DNA of 63,548 nucleotides, filler included, from Conidiobolus incongruus B7586 (Eukaryota), in NCBI GenBank assembly GCA_000697335.1. It is 8 parts of 8 records of this genome, joined end to end, with 100 filler letters (N's around TTAATTAATTAA, not from the genome) between each part and the next. Parts side by side here need not be neighbours in the genome. Positions count along the whole stretch, not along the records: positions 25,804 to 37,070 come from JNEM01000119.1; positions 37,171 to 45,853 come from JNEM01000120.1; 6 more parts are not named here. One strand, written 5' to 3'. The notes beneath the pieces are model-generated. The model worked only from the letters and a program-made list of their open reading frames with translations. It searched no databases and was not told the DNA's origin. Position 1 is the stretch's first letter, and every line of letters starts with the position of its first letter. Below, in pieces: positions 28,439 through 41,741 of the stretch. A program made the translations under genes and the position numbers.

Positions 28439-29500
28439 ATGGTGAAAGTGATAGCACTTGAGGAATTGAAATTGGATACGATACTGAAGTGTCAGACGGA
28501 GCCTCCATTCTCTTTGAAAGATTTTAGAAAATTTTTATCAACTTATAGGGATGAGAATGGTATTAAATATTTGGAATTTTACGAGTGGATGAGGTGGTAT
28601 AACGTCTTTTATTATAACAATATTATTGCGTATCAAAATGGAAGTTATAGGAATTGTAAACAGAAGGATAGGACTAATTCGTATTTATTTCCATCTTGTG
28701 GTGAGTTTGACTACTCTGCGAGACCTTCACAAGTTTATGAACCTGCGAATATCCTCGCCGATTATCTAGAGAGTCAGATCAACGAAACGTTCGTATCGGA
28801 CTCGACAGGCTCGAGGACAATCAGGATAAACCATTTACCATTCAGTGATATGGTGCTGGAGATGTTACACGCTTTCTTTAATCCAGACTCACCGCTATTC
28901 TTTCCAGCACCTTCAACGGTGTTTCAGAGAGTTCATCACAAATTGCAGTACTCAACGGAACCAATGGTATTTCAACCGTTGGCTAAATATGTCTATGACA
29001 AGCTTGATTCTGAATATTTTCCAACATTTGTCAAATCTATTACCAATGTTAGTTTTTTTCAAGATGGTATGATTTGGTCACTAATCACAATTTTATCACT
29101 AGCGGCGGTGGGTGCCATGTATTGGCAATTCGCTATATCCAAGTATCACTTCCTATGGTATTTACTAAGTTTTCCAATCTGGCTACTTGCATTCTTTAGC
29201 ATTTTGAATCTAATATTTAGTGTTAGATTATTGGTATACTATCAATTTGTGAAAAATTTTGTTACTTATAGAAAATTATGCAAAAATGACGAAATAACAA
29301 CTAGTGATGCCTTATCCAATTTAAGTATGAGTCAATTAAATATTAGTCAATCGACCCAAATTAGCATTGACGAAACTAAAGTTGTAAAGTATAAAAAAGA
29401 ACACAAAATTTGGGTATTTATAGTTTTTAACATATTTTTAGCAGTTTATTTTACCTGTATGAGCTTATTCATCCCTCTAAAACTGTATTCTCTCTACTAA
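28439..29500 (+). CDS. RGS-domain protein with C-terminal transmembrane helices (Rax1-like architecture)
   Basis: First ATG 28439. LDTILKCQTEPPFSLKDFRKFL...YLEFYEW and VYDKLDSEYFPTFV resemble the two ends of an RGS domain, followed by three hydrophobic segments. Confidence 0.75.
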   Translation: MVKVIALEELKLDTILKCQTEPPFSLKDFRKFLSTYRDENGIKYLEFYEWMRWYNVFYYNNIIAYQNGSYRNCKQKDRTNSYLFPSCGEFDYSARPSQVYEPANILADYLESQINETFVSDSTGSRTIRINHLPFSDMVLEMLHAFFNPDSPLFFPAPSTVFQRVHHKLQYSTEPMVFQPLAKYVYDKLDSEYFPTFVKSITNVSFFQDGMIWSLITILSLAAVGAMYWQFAISKYHFLWYLLSFPIWLLAFFSILNLIFSVRLLVYYQFVKNFVTYRKLCKNDEITTSDALSNLSMSQLNISQSTQISIDETKVVKYKKEHKIWVFIVFNIFLAVYFTCMSLFIPLKLYSLY

Positions 29501-29995
29501 TCTCGGAAAATTATTTATTAATTAATAAAATCTCTGAGATATTTTGTCATTTTGATCGGTAAAATTTTTTACATTATCTACTGTTTTTTTTGATAAACTG
29601 GACTAATTGCTTGAGTTTATACTAATAGATTTTACTTGATTCGGGATTGTTTGAATGATGCAATATTCCTGAATGAACTCTTGAATTTTTAATTTATATC
29701 GGATTTTATAGCAAATCATTCATCGCTTGAGGGTTATCTATTAACCGAGTGACTACTTTCAAAATCCATGACGATACAGAATGATGCTATAAATCATCAA
29801 AATTAATAATTTTATAATCATAAGATAATCCAATACTGAAAATTACTTTGTCATATTGCACCAAACATCCTATTCATTGAGTGAAACGAAAATCTCCACC
29901 AATCATGGATTTAATTGCACCTATTGAAAATCAATAAATCATCGTTTCAAAATATTGACTTCATTCCCCTTTTAAAATCCATTTAAATTGCTATA

Positions 29996-30553
29996 ATGTC
30001 TCCTCCAAATTATCAATCTATCAATATTAGCAACGATAGTAACAATAATAACAATAATAATATGACGACAGCGCAAAATCCGAATATTCTCAATCCATGT
30101 GAAGAGAATCGTAACTCTTTTATCAATAAAAATTATTTTGCTTCTAGACTCATTCCAAACGTGGGTAGTACTGCTAGAGACCACTTAGGTAAATACTTTT
30201 CAACTTGATAACACCAAATTATTTAACTTTATTAATTAGCCAATGAACGAACATTTCTATCTTGGTTACGAACTTCCCTAGCTTTAGTCACTATGGGCAT
30301 AGCAATTTCTCAATTAAATAATTTTGCACGCAAACCCGACCCCCACAACAAGAGGGGCATCACTTTGGGCGGTATCTATATCGGCATCGGTATGTTATTT
30401 ATCATAGTGGGAGTCAGTCGATACTTTTATATTCAAAATATGCTCATCAATAATATGTTCCCAGCCGCTAGGTACACGGTCCTATTGGGTGTAATTCTAT
30501 TAGCTCTAGTTATAGGCACTCTTTTAGTTACTATATTTTTAGATTTGGTATAA
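29996..30553 (+). CDS. DUF202 (YidH-like) membrane protein
   Basis: Intron 30189..30239 joins NVGSTARDHL to ANERTFLSWLRTSLALVTMGIAISQL, the DUF202 signature. Three TM segments. Confidence 0.92.
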
Positions 30554-31635
30554 TAATTAATCATTCTCTATAATTATTTACTAATCTCCTCTTTATTTTT
30601 ATAAAATATGTATATATTTATATATTTATATAATTTTTGTATGAATTTTAATTATACTGTTTATTTGATTATTACAATTTTTTTGCTTTTGGATTTTAAT
30701 GATACTGTGATGTATTTTATCACTTTAATACTCCTTTCAAAATCATATCATGATTTATAAAAATCATCTAATTGATATTATACTATATTTTCAGGGTTTT
30801 ATATTTTATACCTAAAAATTTTTATCTATGTCCCTGACTGTATCTTATTTTGGATACTTTACACAGCAATTTCAATTTTTTATTAGACTTAATGTTGCTA
30901 TATAGACAAAATGGTTAATTATATTTTATATATTAAAATAAATTTAAAAATCAATTTATTTTAATAATAGAGGAATTTTAATAATCAATTGATTAAATAT
31001 AAGTATACAATTTTTTAGGATTACTTGGTTTAATATATTTTCAATCAAAAATTTATATGTATCAAATGTTGGATACTATTTCAATAAATTTCAAAAATAT
31101 ATAATTTCATTTATCTGAAAATACGATTTATTATATAAATTTAAAATAATATAACATAAAATAGATTAAATACAAAATTTGAAAAATAATCAACGAGAAT
31201 CAGAAGTTACGGAAGATGTAATAGTATACTCGAATTGATGTAGGTTTTTAATCTTTAATGAACCAAATATAAATTGAACTTTAATATTAATCAATAATCA
31301 ATATTTATCGGATATAAATTAACATTGTTTTTATATTAATTTTAGTATTTTTTTTAATAAGTAATATTATAAAATTAATATTTGAATTAAAACATGCAAA
31401 TTTTGTATAATACATTATCATTTCATTTAAATTTTTATTTACTTAAAACAAAAAGATTGTACAGATCAAAGAAATTTGATGAAATATTAAAATTTGATAA
31501 AATTGAATTTTTAACCCACTATACATCAATATTGTCGGAAATTAAATTAAAAACTAAAAGATTTAATTAAGAGAAGTTTTAATGAAATTAAAGATGGATT
31601 GAATATATTATTAAGAAACTATCATTGGTAGTAAA

Positions 31636-33152
31636 TTAATTGGGACTTTCGGTACCTCGAGATTCAACTTGACGTAAAGACTCTTCTTTGGCCATTAATT
31701 CTCGTTGTTTCTCCTCCATCTCTCTCTTGAATTTATTTTCTTGTTCTCGAAGCTAATTATTTATGTTAGTATCATCCTTTAATAAATGAAATTATATATA
31801 TATATATTACTCGTTCTTCAGCTAAACGAATTTGTTCTTCTTTCAAACGAACTGATTCTTCAGTGGATAATACCTCGGAACTAAACCATGAATTAATATT
31901 GTGTATAGCGTTATAACTAATTAAAAACTTACTCATCATATTCACCCGTTCTACTAAGCTTTTCAGTACGATAATTTTCGTATAAAATATCATCAGTGAG
32001 CATTTTGAGATCAGACATATGAGAGCTAATAGCATTAATTTCATTAATTCATCAAGTTAAATGAGATGACGAAGAGAGCTTACTTGAATAACATGAAGCG
32101 AAGTCTGGCAGTATCACAAAAATCTGGATTATCTACATCAATCACGCCCCAGGGATACTTTCTAACTCTCTGAGGATTTTTACCAGGATTCAAGACTTCA
32201 TCATGGCTGATTACAGCAAAAGGCAATAAGGATTTGAGTTCTTCGCATTCTTCAATGATTTCCGGATCATCTTCATTGGCATCATAGGGGAAATTGTAGA
32301 TGGGAATACGATAGTAATTAATATCTTCCATGATGCGAGCCTTGAAGTCTTTGAGCTCATCAGTGGAGAAGGAGTCAGCCTTGCCGATCACAGGGATAAT
32401 GTTGACGCGGGCTCCTAATCTCTTCATCAATTCAATATCTAACTCCCTCAAGCCATGGCCAGTAGGAGCGATGAAATATAAAAGAGCATGTACGCGATTA
32501 TCTTGGAATCTAGGATTTCTCTTAATTCTAGTTTCTTCGGCTAAAATTTGATCGTATTGTACTTCTATATAATTTAAAATTTTTTCAAAACTAGAATAAA
32601 TTAATTAAAGGATAAATTAAATTTATATTGAATAATTAGCTACCACTTGGAGTTATCAATATTATTGCCAAAACCTGGAGTATCAACGATAGTAAGGTTA
32701 ATACGAACGCCATCTTCATCCAAATCTAATAATTAAGCCAAAGATTAAATCCAAAACATCAATCTAAAAATATAATTTAAAATATTACCAACTTGACGCG
32801 TTACAATTTCCAAAGGTTCGTTAGAATCCAAACTCTCGGGAGAGGGCTTAACCTTTTGAAATTCTTTAGGAGGGTTGACAGTTTTATCACATAGAGTATT
32901 AACAAAACTGGATCTTCCAATACCGGAAGCACCTAAAAATCATTACAATCATTTAATATGAATATTTACAAAGTTAGATTAAAACAAATTTACCAACTAC
33001 CATAATAGTAAAAGGAATACCCTTTTTGACGTTTTTAAAACGTCCTCCAACTCTCTAAACCATCAAAATTATTATGAGTCAAAAATTCCAAAAATTATAA
33101 GAATGATTGAAAATTGAATTTATTAATTAGCATTTATACTCACCATAGACAT
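31636..33152 (-). CDS. CDC11: Septin, Cdc11/AspA type
   Basis: Multi-exon gene: KNVKKGIPFTIMVVGASGIGRSSFVNTL, LTIVDTPGFG, DNRVHALLYFIAPTGHGLRELDIELMKRL, VIGKADS, RKYPWG, and a C-terminal coiled coil ...EEKQRELMAKEESLRQVESR. Stop 31636-31638. Confidence 0.92.
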
Positions 33153-33592
33153 TTTGAATCAGTATTGAGTATTTAAATAAGAAAATAGTGAGATAAAATT
33201 AAAAAAAAATCAACTATATCAATATCCAATTTAAATGGTGACAGTTGGTAGATTGAGAGATATCGACAATTTAAAATAATTTTGAGTTAGAATTAGTTGA
33301 TTTTAGTTCAATTGAATATTATTTTCATTTAGTATTGACTGTTATGATCAATTTAATGGGACTCCGATTACTGGACTCAACCACTAGTTCTGATTGGTCA
33401 ATGTTAGTTTTGGTGAAGTTTGGTGAATTTTTGATAATATATATTGAATGATGTACATATTATTCTTATTATATTTATATATATATTCAATAATTAATCA
33501 GTTTCAACAATAATACTAATTTTTAAATTAATTTAAATATATTTTTACCTGATTGGCATATAGGATACAAAATCAATATGAATTTGGATATA

Positions 33593-33623
<31 letters not shown>

Positions 33624-34424
33624 TTTATTAACTTAATATACAATATGGAAATAAGTAAAATGACTAATAATTATTAAACAACTTTTTCATAATGATATTA
33701 AATTTATTAAAATAATCAAAGATAAGCATTGTGTTATATAGAATATTCTTTTAATTATATTTCAATTTTTTACCTTTTATTTTTTATAATTTGTTTTTCG
33801 AAATATTATTATTTAAATTTTTTTAATAAAAATTGATCGAAATATTAGTTATACTAATCACTATTTTGAAAATATTTATCATTTGGTAGGTTTCGAAATC
33901 AATTATATATAAACTAATATATAGCTTATGAATTGTTTAAATATTAAATATATAGCAATTAGAAATAAAATAATATAGGTAGATAATGAAAATGTTGAAA
34001 CCGTTTACTATTCAGCTAATTTCAAATTAACCAATACCTGTCAATTAATTAACTCAAAAAACAAATGTTGAGATAAACACTGAAATCAATCCCATAAATT
34101 CAAACCAAATTACCAAAATATCAAAATGATACAAAATTACCCCACTTTGAAAAAATTATTATTCATCTAAATTATATAACTAATTATTTATTTATCTCCA
34201 AGTATATTTTGAATATATTGGTATTAATAGATTGATCATTTATAATATACAAATAATTTAAATAATTTCTTTAACATAAAATTATTACTATTATCCAATT
34301 ATTATAAATTTTAACCCAATAAAAATAATAATAATAATTTAAAAATACATGTAAGAATAATAATATTAATTATGAAAATATATTTATTAATTAATTCTCT
34401 ATCCCCAATAGATAATAATCAAAA

Positions 34425-35941
34425 ATGGGAGAAGCAGGATTTTTTAGAGTAAATATATTATAAAATATTGTTATTTAATTATATTAATCATTCTTAGGGT
34501 ACTTCAACCGAACAAGATTCGAGATTCTCTGATAAACAAAAAAAGTTATTAAAGAGTATTAACTTCCCTCCTGAATTTAGTAAAAAAGTATTTAATCTTA
34601 GAGTTATATATATTGAATATTGCTGATAGATATGAATTAGGTAAATTTTAATAATGTCAATTTGACAGTAATAAAACCTTGGATTGCTAAGAGAATCACC
34701 GAATTAATGGGTGTGGAGGATGAGGTGATGATTGAATACGCTTTCGGCTTGTTGGAAACTGATGTAACTCATTATTATTCATTACCTTAGTACCATTATT
34801 AAATTATGATTAATAGGATGTGGATCCTAGAAAAATGCAAATTGATTTAACTGGATTCTTAGAGTCTAATGCCGGTATCTTTATGAAAGAACTTTGGAAT
34901 CATTTACTAAGCGCTCAAGAATCGATTGGTGGCATTCCCAAGCAGTTTTTGGAACAGAAGAAGCTTGAAATTGCCAATAAATTGGTATGTGTAAATCAAT
35001 CGGTATTGATATATATTAACCAGCTGTACAATAGAAAAATGATAACAAGATTCTCAATGAAATTGAAAAGAGGGAAGAGATGGAACGCTCCTCTTCTACA
35101 AATACTACGAGAGATGATAAGGATGAGAGCCACTCTTCTCATCGTGCTCCTTCTGTTTCTGAATTAGTTCAATACGATAGCCCAATGGTCAAGAGCTCTC
35201 CAAGCAGGACGCCTAGCTCCCAAACTGATCAACACACCGATTCTAAGAGGAACGAATCCTCTAATCGCAGATCTTTCTACAGTAGAGAACATTCTAGAGA
35301 AAGAAGAAATGACCGCGAAAGGGATCGTGATGATAGTATCGATCGCAAGCGTCGCCATCGCGATCGCGATGATGATCGAAGCCGCGGTAGAGACTACGAT
35401 AGAGATCGTAGTGACCGTAGGGATAAAGACAGGCCCTCTGACTATGATCGTCGAGATAGAGATCGCGATAGAGAACGTAATAGAGATAGAGACCATCGAG
35501 TAAGCTTGCAATTTTACTTTGATTTATATTTTATTGACATTGGATTAGGGTCACTGGCCAGAAGGTCGCTCCGACCGTGACAGAGAGCGTGATAGAGAAA
35601 GGGATAGAGAACGCGACCGTGCCAGAGAGCGTGAAAGAGAGAGGGAAAGAGAGCGCGAAAGAGAAAGAGACAGAGATCACAAGAGAAAACGTTCCGAACA
35701 TAGGGATCGCGACTCGGAACGTCGTTCTGAGCGTAGAGATTCTGAGCGCCGTGACTCTGATAGAAGAGATTCTGAACGTCGTGATTCCGAGCGTCGTGAC
35801 TCTGATAGAAGGGAGCCCGAACGTCGCAACTCTGGTCGCACATATTGGAAATATCAGCCCGACCTCTATCCTCCCAAAGCTGAAGACTCACGTAGGTCGT
35901 CGGGTAACAGAAGTCGTAGTCCTGATTACCACCGTCGTTAG
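34425..35941 (+). CDS. SRRM1: PWI-domain, RD/RS-rich splicing factor (SRRM1/SRm160-like)
   Basis: Spliced MGEAGFFR/GTSTEQDSRFSDKQKKLLK...FPPEF/...VIKPWIAKRITELMGVEDEV/DPRKMQIDLTGFL...FMKELW, then an Arg/Asp/Glu-rich tail ending RSRSPDYHRR*. Probable 5'UTR intron 34351..34411. Confidence 0.9.
35712..35830 (+). repeat. Coding 15-nt tandem repeat encoding (S-E/D-R-R-D)n
   Basis: Units such as TCTGAGCGTAGAGAT, TCTGAGCGCCGTGAC, TCTGATAGAAGAGAT, TCTGAACGTCGTGAT, TCCGAGCGTCGTGAC. Confidence 0.85.
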
Positions 35942-37934
35942 GATCTTTTTACCAATCAAATGCAACAAGTTGGCACTTTCTTTCAATGTTAAATTAATTC
36001 ACATTTGCAATTTTCATGTAACTTAAATTGATAAAAATGATATTAAGGTTTGCTTATCCTTGATTTTATTTATTTACATTTGTTAATATGCTTTTGATAG
36101 TATAGCCGTCATATACTTTACAAACTAACAATACAGTATAACCGAATCTAATTGAATTGAACATATATGAATATAGATTCATTTTAAAATTACCTCTCCG
36201 TGTTCTATCACCTCTCTGACATTCAAATATTTCTGAATTTTTTACTCAATAAAGTCATTTTGAGGTTTTATTACATTTATTAAATGCATACCATGATTCA
36301 CGTACTCTGTTCTTGAAAGTCTTCATTTTTTAAATTTAGTATAAAAATTTTAAAATGTCTATCTAAACTTCATAAGGTCTAATTTAATTCAAATCTTAAT
36401 CATTTTATTAACCCTTGATATTAATATTTCTAATGACTAAATTATATACGACGAAAATGGAATTAAAATTTAATCAGTAATTCATGATATATCGTTCAGT
36501 ACATGGAACTTTGGAATTGATATTGAATGATAAATTTTACAAAGATATTACACTTTCAATATATTTTTAACTATTACTATAAATTAAATTGTTTAAATAT
36601 CCAAATTAGAATTTTATAAATTATTAAAATATAATTTGAATAATAATTTTTTTAAAAAATTTGTGATAATATCTCAATAGTTATATATTTTGAATTCATT
36701 TTAATAAAAGTATTTTAATTAATTAAATGTAAGTGATAATAATATTAATCTCACTGATTACAAATAATTCTAATCAAAATATTCTGTTTTTAATAATTAT
36801 TTGATTTTTATTCAATAATGTAATATTATCTAAATAAAACATCAGTATATAATATATATGATAAATTAAAAATTGCCTATTTTATACAATAATAATCAAT
36901 TATCAAATAAACAAAGTTATATTGAATTGAATACTATTTTTGTAGTATATACAGAGATAAAAAATTATTTGTGATTATTAGTGTAGAAATTAAATAATAG
37001 CACAATTTTAAAATTAAAATTAAACAAATAAATTAATAAATAATATATAAAAATTAATAAATAATATAAANNNNNNNNNNNNNNNNNNNNNNNNNNNNNN
37101 NNNNNNNNNNNNNNTTAATTAATTAANNNNNNNNNNNNNNNNNNNNNNNNNNNNNNNNNNNNNNNNNNNNAGTGATAAATAATTAATTTAAATATAATAT
37201 TATCTTTATAAATTTTTTGTAAATTTTTAATAATTTTAAAAGATTTATGGTTAAGTTTTCTAAATAATCAAATAAAAAACTTTTGGTTATTATTAATTAA
37301 TTTAAATATATTTAAATCAAATAATAAATTTTCAAAAGCTAATATTTTAATAAAAAACATTATATATTTAAATATACATAAGTAAAAACTATATATTTTC
37401 CTATTTATTTTATATATTTTTTGAAATTAATAATATTTTAAAAAAAATCAAAAATTCCTATTCCTTCAATTTAAAGATAATGTATTTAATTATTTAATAA
37501 AAAAATATATTATTTTCGAATTAATACATAGGTATTAATTTAATTAATATATATAAATATATTAATTAAATTATAAAACCTTTATAAATTATTTATGATA
37601 TATATTACATTGATAACATTCCTTTTAATTATTATTTTAAGATTGATATTTACTCAAATGAAATAACATCTTAAAAAAAATATAAAATTCAAAAAATTTC
37701 AATTATATGAGGAATAGCATTTATTCATATCCAATAACATAAATATATTAAGTATATATTTAAAAAGATGATTATCAATTAAAAAATTAATAATATTATG
37801 GAATTATAATTTTAAAATTTGACAATTTTTAGAAAATTAAAGATAGTAATAAAATGTCTTTAGTTATTTGAATAATAGAATATTAGTAAAAATTAAAAGA
37901 ATAATTTATTAATAATTGAAAATTTAATATAAGT

Positions 37935-38539
37935 TTACATTAAATTTTTAGCTCTAGATAACTTAGCTTTCTTAGGTTGATCTCTAACATAAAACAATTT
38001 AGCTCTTCGGAAATCTTCAGCCAATTTCACTCTCTTAATCGATTTAATCAATGGGGAATAAACTTTAAATTTTTGTTCAACACCAACTTTTAAAATTAAG
38101 TTTCTTAAGGTTATACTGGTAGCGATATTTTTGCGATCAATAGCAATACATACTCCTACGAAACTCGTACTGGATTTTTTTAACATGTTACGCCAGAATT
38201 CTACTTGAACAATATCGCCAGGCACCATACGATCTTTACCATGTTGAGCGAATAGGATTTTGCGTCCGTCAATGTTATGGCGATCGACTAAATCATTACG
38301 AATGTAAGTCATTAAACCTTTACCGTTCTTTAATTCAGGCTTAGGGGCAGTCGAACTGGTGAAAGCTTTGGGTCCATAATGTTCAGTTGCTGGATCTAAA
38401 TAACAAATCAATTACTATATACCAAATGGCGATAATAATAAAACAACATACCAACAGCTGTAGAATAAGATCTATTAAATAAAGCTCTATTAATGGAGTT
38501 AAATTTGATATTTTTAAATAAGTTTATATTAAAATTCAT
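37935..38539 (-). CDS. IMG1: Mitochondrial ribosomal protein bL19m
   Basis: Presequence exon from ATG 38539 (MNFNINLFKNIKFNSINRALFNRSYSTAV), intron 38451..38396, then L19 domain PGDIVQV...FVGVCIAIDRK...ITLRNLI..VGVEQKFKVYSP...RRAKLFYVRD. Confidence 0.92.
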
Positions 38540-38649
38540 TATGATTGAATTTTTTTATTTATGTGATTAATATAAATTTGTTTTTATATAATAATTTGAT
38601 TTAAATTCATTGGAAAAGAAGTATTTATTTATATAATATTAGATTTTAA

Positions 38650-38659
38650 ATTATGGGAT
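38650..38659 (-). promoter_or_regulatory. Recurrent upstream motif ATCCCATAAT (bL19m gene)
   Basis: ATTATGGGAT on + strand, 111 nt upstream of ATG 38539. Confidence 0.6.
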
Positions 38660-39292
38660 GATAAATGTCTTATGTTAATATTGAAATCATATTATTTTAT
38701 TTATTAAAATGTACTATAGATTTAGCTACAAATACTCCCTATTATCAAAATATCTAGACTTGATGTTTGTTCATATTATAATTTTTTTTTAATTTTAATT
38801 AAGTTTGGGGAATTTCATAGAAAATCGAAGAAAATCTTAACACGGAATTAAACCAGAATGTTAGCCTTTGGAATACTATCAAAATATATATCGATAAAAA
38901 CTATTTAAATATATATATGTTTATATTAAAATCACCAAAATTATACACCCATAAAATTTATAAATTATTAATATCATGAATATTCTGTTAGTGAACCTTA
39001 TCATATAAATATAATTTTATAAATTAGTATAAAACGAGGTATAAATTATATAATTTTTCATTTGATCAATCACAAATATTGGATTGTTAATGTTTCAGCA
39101 TTTGTATATTATTAAAAAAATCGAAAAAAAGAAATTTTGTAATTAATATAATGAGATTTTAATTTTGAATATATGTGAACTTTTTATCATCAAACACTAT
39201 ACTAAAAAAATAAAATCTTAAGTTGGAGTCAATAAAATGAAAAGCATATTTCCAAATTACACAAGATCAAACAATCCCTACTCAAAAAACTT

Positions 39293-39886
39293 TTATTGTT
39301 TAATTTGCTTTAAAATTTCTTCAAACAAATCAGCTACTAAAAAATGGTCCTCGGGATACTTTAAACACTTTTCAAGTTCTTTTAACGGTCTTTGACAATG
39401 TAATAACTTTAGCAAATACTCTTTGACATTAGGATGCTTTAAATGTTGTTGAATCAATTCGTTATTTAATAGTTCTGTAAGTTTACTTATTGGTATTTGT
39501 CTCTTCTCATCTTCTATTAAATCGTATAGGGGTAGCGTTGTGGGAAAATTGTTGGAAGATGTTTCATTTTCTATAAATCAAATTATTAAATTCAAATTTT
39601 TGTAGTCAAATGTATTAATATTTTTACTTTTTGTTTCAGTTTCATTTTTAACATTTTTACAATATTCTAATTTTTTTAAAAAATTAATATATGAAGTTAA
39701 TACTAAATTGAATATAATTTTACCTTGGTGTACTTTATAACAATTCAAAGAACAACTTGAATAAAATTTAGAATAAGTAATATTAAAAATAATATATACA
39801 AGATATACTTACTAAGGTAATTTACAATTTGGACATTTATACTTTTTATTCTCTAATTTACAAATTGAACATATTATTTGTTTCAT
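39293..39886 (-). CDS. HIT1: zf-HIT protein (Hit1/ZNHIT3-like, box C/D snoRNP assembly)
   Basis: Not in ORF track. Spliced exons give MKQIICSICKLENKKYKCPNCKLPYCSLNCYKVHQ (zf-HIT) and a last exon ...LLNNELIQQHLKHPNVKEYLLKL...LFEEILKQIKQ*. Confidence 0.85.
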
Positions 39887-39985
39887 TTTTTAAATTAATT
39901 ATTAACAAGTTATAACTTTTTTGAATGCATCATTTACATTTTCTGTATAAATGATTAAACCCTTAATTTTAAATCAAAAATTCAA

Positions 39986-39995
39986 ATTATGGGAT
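39986..39995 (-). promoter_or_regulatory. Recurrent upstream motif ATCCCATAAT (zf-HIT gene)
   Basis: ATTATGGGAT on + strand, 100 nt upstream of ATG 39886. Confidence 0.6.
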
Positions 39996-41741
39996 TCAAT
40001 GTGAAATTTTTCAAATATTATTTTTACTACATCAAATCTAAATTACAAAATTTAGTTTTAAAAATTATCTTTTTTTCGGATAATCTTTTTCCCATTTAAT
40101 ATTGTTCGAAAAATAACAAAATAAACATTAAGATAAAGCTTTTATAGCATAAACGGTAATATGGTAAATAAATATAATTTTGAATACCGAAAATTAGATA
40201 TGGAATATTATTATGAAAGATTGATATTTTTATAGTAATTTCGTATATCAAAGTATGATACACTATTGACATTTTGAGACAATATTAAATAAATATCAAT
40301 TTGTATCATCAATAACAAGTTACTAGATTTTGTGGCAATTGATAACTTTAAATAATAAGTTAATATTAGGAAGTAATTTTAAACTTTAAAGGCAATGTAT
40401 TAAATTGATTTAAAGTAAAATAATAACATAATCATTCAGTCAGAAACTTTTTTCAATTTTTAGAATTGAAAACTCAATAATGTGCCTTGAATTAATCAAA
40501 ATAGATTCATTATTAATTATCAATAATATGATATATTAGAATGATTTTATATAAATTTTGACAATTTTGTAATATATTATATTATTCATAAAATGTTATC
40601 AAATTTAATAAGCATATATCAGATTTGTGACTATTAATCTAAGGTTTTCGATTTTATGAATTTGAATGATTCATAAAATATATGTAACCTTGAATATTCG
40701 CTTTAATAAATATGTATAGTTAAACTTATCTTAATTCACTAGATACATTCAATAATGATTAATATAAAATACTTCAATATTAGTGCTATGTTAGATATCA
40801 ATTATTAAAGCTTTGAACTTTAACAAATAATGATAAATCTGTTAATAAACTCAATATTTTAGATGAATATCTTAAATTAATTTATATTGAATTTATGAAG
40901 AATTTAAATTTGTTTATCAGATAATAAAAAATGAAGTTTGTTGAAAATCAAAATATTTTTGATCCGAAAATATATTGGAAAATTTTATGATGATAAAGTA
41001 CTGAAAATTGTTGGGAAATTTTGGAATGCTTGAATTTGTTCATTGTAATATTTGGAATTTATAATATAATACAAATTGTGTTTATTAGGGATAGAGTCAT
41101 CAAATGAAGATTTATTTTGAATATTTAATATTCATAAGATAAAATAGGTTTAATCGATATTGGATATTATATAGTGAGGGAATTCGGTGGGGTAATTGTG
41201 GATTGAAATAGTGTTGAATGAATATAAGAAGTGTTTTACTATCACGTTAATATATTATCATTAAAAAAGTAATTTATTTTTAATTGTCGAAATTATTAAT
41301 CTTAATATAACCATTTTTATCCGAATTCAATCAATTTAACTAGTTATAAAGAGTTGGAGTTCCCGAAATTTTACGGTAAGGAACTTGATTAATTCACTAG
41401 TTTTCAGTTGATGAAATTTTCTCATTTTCCTCAATTAATATACTACTTTGACCATATGAAATCATGATATCAATTCTGAATGAGGAGTTATCAGATTTTT
41501 CAATTAATTTGTTCACCTTTTCATCTATAACAGCCAATCAAATGTAAATTTTTATAAATCTCCAAATTTCCATTCGCTGAGATCAAGAGGACAAATCACA
41601 TATTAATTGAAAATCCTTTATCAACACATATCTAAAAATCAGAATTCGAAAATATTGGACTTATCCACATATAAATAGATCATTAGCCCTCCTCTCTTCA
41701 AATTTGATAACGTTAATTACACGAGTAACTGTACATTAATA

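Noticed and set aside
32890..32935. Septin P-loop has Arg (GIGRSS) instead of the Walker A Lys
   Set aside because: Known feature of fungal Cdc11-type septins; it supports the annotation and is not novel.
35164..36026. Several overlapping ORFs across the RD-rich exons
   Set aside because: Off-frame readings of low-complexity coding sequence.
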